Below, one piece after another: positions 61,536 through 64,000 of a DNA stretch of 64,000 nt. The stretch is from Camelus ferus (Eukaryota). The stretch is from the NCBI RefSeq assembly GCF_009834535.1, contig NC_045696.1, positions 5,458,001-5,522,000 of the forward strand, in the 5' to 3' direction. The position numbers were made by a program, and so were the translations under genes. The notes under the pieces were generated by a model. It had not been told where the DNA came from. It did no database searches and was given only the letters and a program-made list of their open reading frames with translations. Positions within the stretch are counted from its first letter, which is position 1. Every line of letters begins with the position of its first letter.

Positions 61536-64000
61536 ACACACACAAACTAAAAAAACTAAACAGAACAGAAAATTCACCCCATGTGGGTCACTTCTTCAAG
61601 CTTTGACCCCTCTGCTGAACCCGCTGGCTGGTTTCACTTTCCAGAGGCGTTAGGTAACTGCTTTGCCTTTTGTCAGGAGTTCACCGCTGCAATCTGCGGT
61701 GGAGAAAAGCTTACCCCATGGTCCAGCCCCAGAAGGTGGTGTCAGGCCATTTTAGATGAAGCAGGTACAGATTCTTCCTTAGTAAGGGTTAATATTAATA
61801 TTACTTCTTAATTACTGTCATGTTAGCTTCCGTCGTATTCATTTTAAATGCTGTCTTTTCACTCTTCCTGAGGATGCCAAGACAACGACTGTTTCTTGTT
61901 CTGTGACCAATCTCTTCTAACATGTCATTTTAATATTATTCTCCCAAATTCAGACCAATTTTAGAATCGTGAAGCTGTTAAGATGTCTCTGACACCTAAA
62001 ATATCTTTGGGGTTTCCTGGACAGCCTCTAAGTAAACATAAATATTGGCTCCTTCACTTTATAAAACAAGAAATAACAAAAATAATTGAGTTTGTTTGGT
62101 GTTCTCCAGACTTTAATTAATTCAAAACTATCATGAGAGCTCTTTCGTTTATCAAACCTGGTGTATAAGAAAAACCTAACGAATTAAAAGAGAAATTTAA
62201 TTTTCCTGAGCTTAATTTTATAGGATTAATTTGTTGCTAATTAAGCTATGTCAGTGATTACATAATTTTCAGGCTGAGAAGGATAGTCATGTTCATGTAG
62301 AAAAGCTGACATGTTAACCGCCTACCCACTGCTTTTTTTTTTTTTTTTAAGAAAGATTTTGTTTCTACATTTAAGTACCTTTCAGTTAAGGACAATTATA
62401 ACACATTTTATATTTTAAGATAAAGTGCTGGGAATCTGTCAATACCCTTGCTGTCTATAATAATGTTCCTACTTTAAGGTAATTACTGACAATATTCTTA
62501 TAAATTTATATACATTATGCCTTAAAGAAAACAATTTTCTTTCATTCTGATATTATTATTATAACTCCAAATAGATAAGACTTACATCTAACTTGTTCAC
62601 TATTGTTTAGTTATGAAGTTTCTATTTCCAACTTTTCTGACCATCCTAAATCTATGACAGACCAAAACCAAGATGACAGAGGAGATTTGAAAGTGTGACC
62701 ATTTGCCTTCCTTTTATGTGGTCACCCCATCGACTCAGGAAGTGGGCCCAAGAGGAGAAATTATAAAGAATCCAACCTACTTACAGCCTCGCTTGTCTAG
62801 GAGTTATCAAAACTGACTGTTATTTCCTACCCCATGAACGATGGGTCTTCTTTTGACCCACTCTACCTAGAGGGCAGCTCTCAGTGCCTAATCACCCAAC
62901 CACCTGAACGCCTCCTTTCTGGCAGCTAAAAAACCCTCACTTTTCCCACCTGCAAATAATAAACTCTGTTTTTGGTGGTTTATTTGTTTAGGTATTTATT
63001 TATTCTCTAATTTGTACATTTTCCCATTTAACTCTCATAAAAACTGTAGACAAGAGAAACTGTCACCCTCATTCGGATCTGACTTACAAACATCCCACAT
63101 TCCCGGAGTCTCTCCAGCTTTTGCGCAGGGGTCCCGTTCATCTGTTCACGGGTCTTGGCCTGGACCTTGGCCAACTGGCTAGTACATGAAGTGGCCAGCA
63201 GGGACAGCAGCAGCCAACAGCTCGGCCAGCACCTCCCAGGAGGTGAGTCCCAGCCCCTCAGCCCAGCTGCCTGGTTGCGTTTATTGGCAAGAAAGGTCAG
63301 GAAGACTGACCTGTCATCTTTCAGATTCTGCTGCTTTACAGAGAGCACAAATGCTCATTGGGCAGGACACTGAGACCCCAGGCATAAACTTGGACTGAGC
63401 TGGCAAAGCCTCTGGAACCCATTTTCCCTCAAATCTCATCTCCCCCTGGACGGCCCTCAGGTCTGAGGGCCAGAAGCTCTATTCTGCTTCAAGTGTGTTC
63501 AGCCAATCGCTTCTCTCAGACACAGACCCAGGCTGCCCAGCGGCCAAGCCTACTTATCCTTCCAGCTCAGACTCGAGCCCCTGTCCTTGGAGACAACCCT
63601 AAGCTGTGTCCCTGGCAGGGCTAGAAGCCACCCTGAGCTTTCTGTCCCCCACACTGTCAGGGACACCATCTGCCTCGTCCCTGGACTGACTTCACAGCAG
63701 ACCAGATTGCCTCCAGCAAAAAAAGAGTTACAGAAAGGCAAAACTCCTTTGATAAAGTACAGGAAATATGGAACAAGTAACCATTTAGATAAAGATTTGT
63801 CAAGTAAAGAAAGGAAGTTAAATAGAAATATGTACAATAAAATGAGAGAGCCTTATGCCAGGAATCTAAGGCAAGGCCCTTCCGTGTACCAGCTCCTAAC
63901 CTTGGGCAAGCCACTGTGATGGTGTCAGACCTCAGGGCTGTCTGTGGACTCAATCAGAACGGGGCCTGGCCCACAGTGGCCTTCAGCAAGTGCTAGGTGA

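Larger units (their letters stand above)
57680..61740 (-). mobile_element. Old L1 (ORF2, ORF1 and 5' remnants)
   Basis: T-rich; endonuclease remnant IDHILGH...FSNHNRIILEIN (58616-58810) and ORF1-like segments around 59800-60700. Confidence 0.85.

Overview
Mammalian genomic DNA, most likely camelid (alpaca/camel/llama), judged from the tRNA-derived SINEs and young L1 3' ends. The window holds one clear protein-coding gene: B3GALT5 (beta-1,3-galactosyltransferase 5, GT31) on the minus strand. Its 311-aa CDS sits in one exon (14687-15622) whose splice acceptor abuts the ATG. A 173-nt 5'UTR exon lies at 16280-16452, a probable further UTR exon at ~25352-25605, and a CpG-island first exon/promoter at ~43.7-44.4 kb. 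The 3'UTR is probably very long, possibly reaching a distal poly(A) site near 3.99 kb. The rest is intron/intergenic DNA rich in MaLR (MLT1), ERV LTRs, L1, L2, MIR, DNA transposons and SINEs. I found no new protein-coding system. The best leads are regulatory or retroposition features: a MER41-like LTR in intron 1 carrying GAS/STAT, NRF2-ARE and YY1 motifs; two tailless 5S rRNA fragments nested in older repeats; a second CpG-rich promoter-like segment with plus-strand splice signals (possible antisense lncRNA); and a solo ERV LTR antisense inside the putative 3'UTR. Repeat family names and human comparisons come from recall of consensus sequences, not from database searches; many repeat boundaries are approximate.
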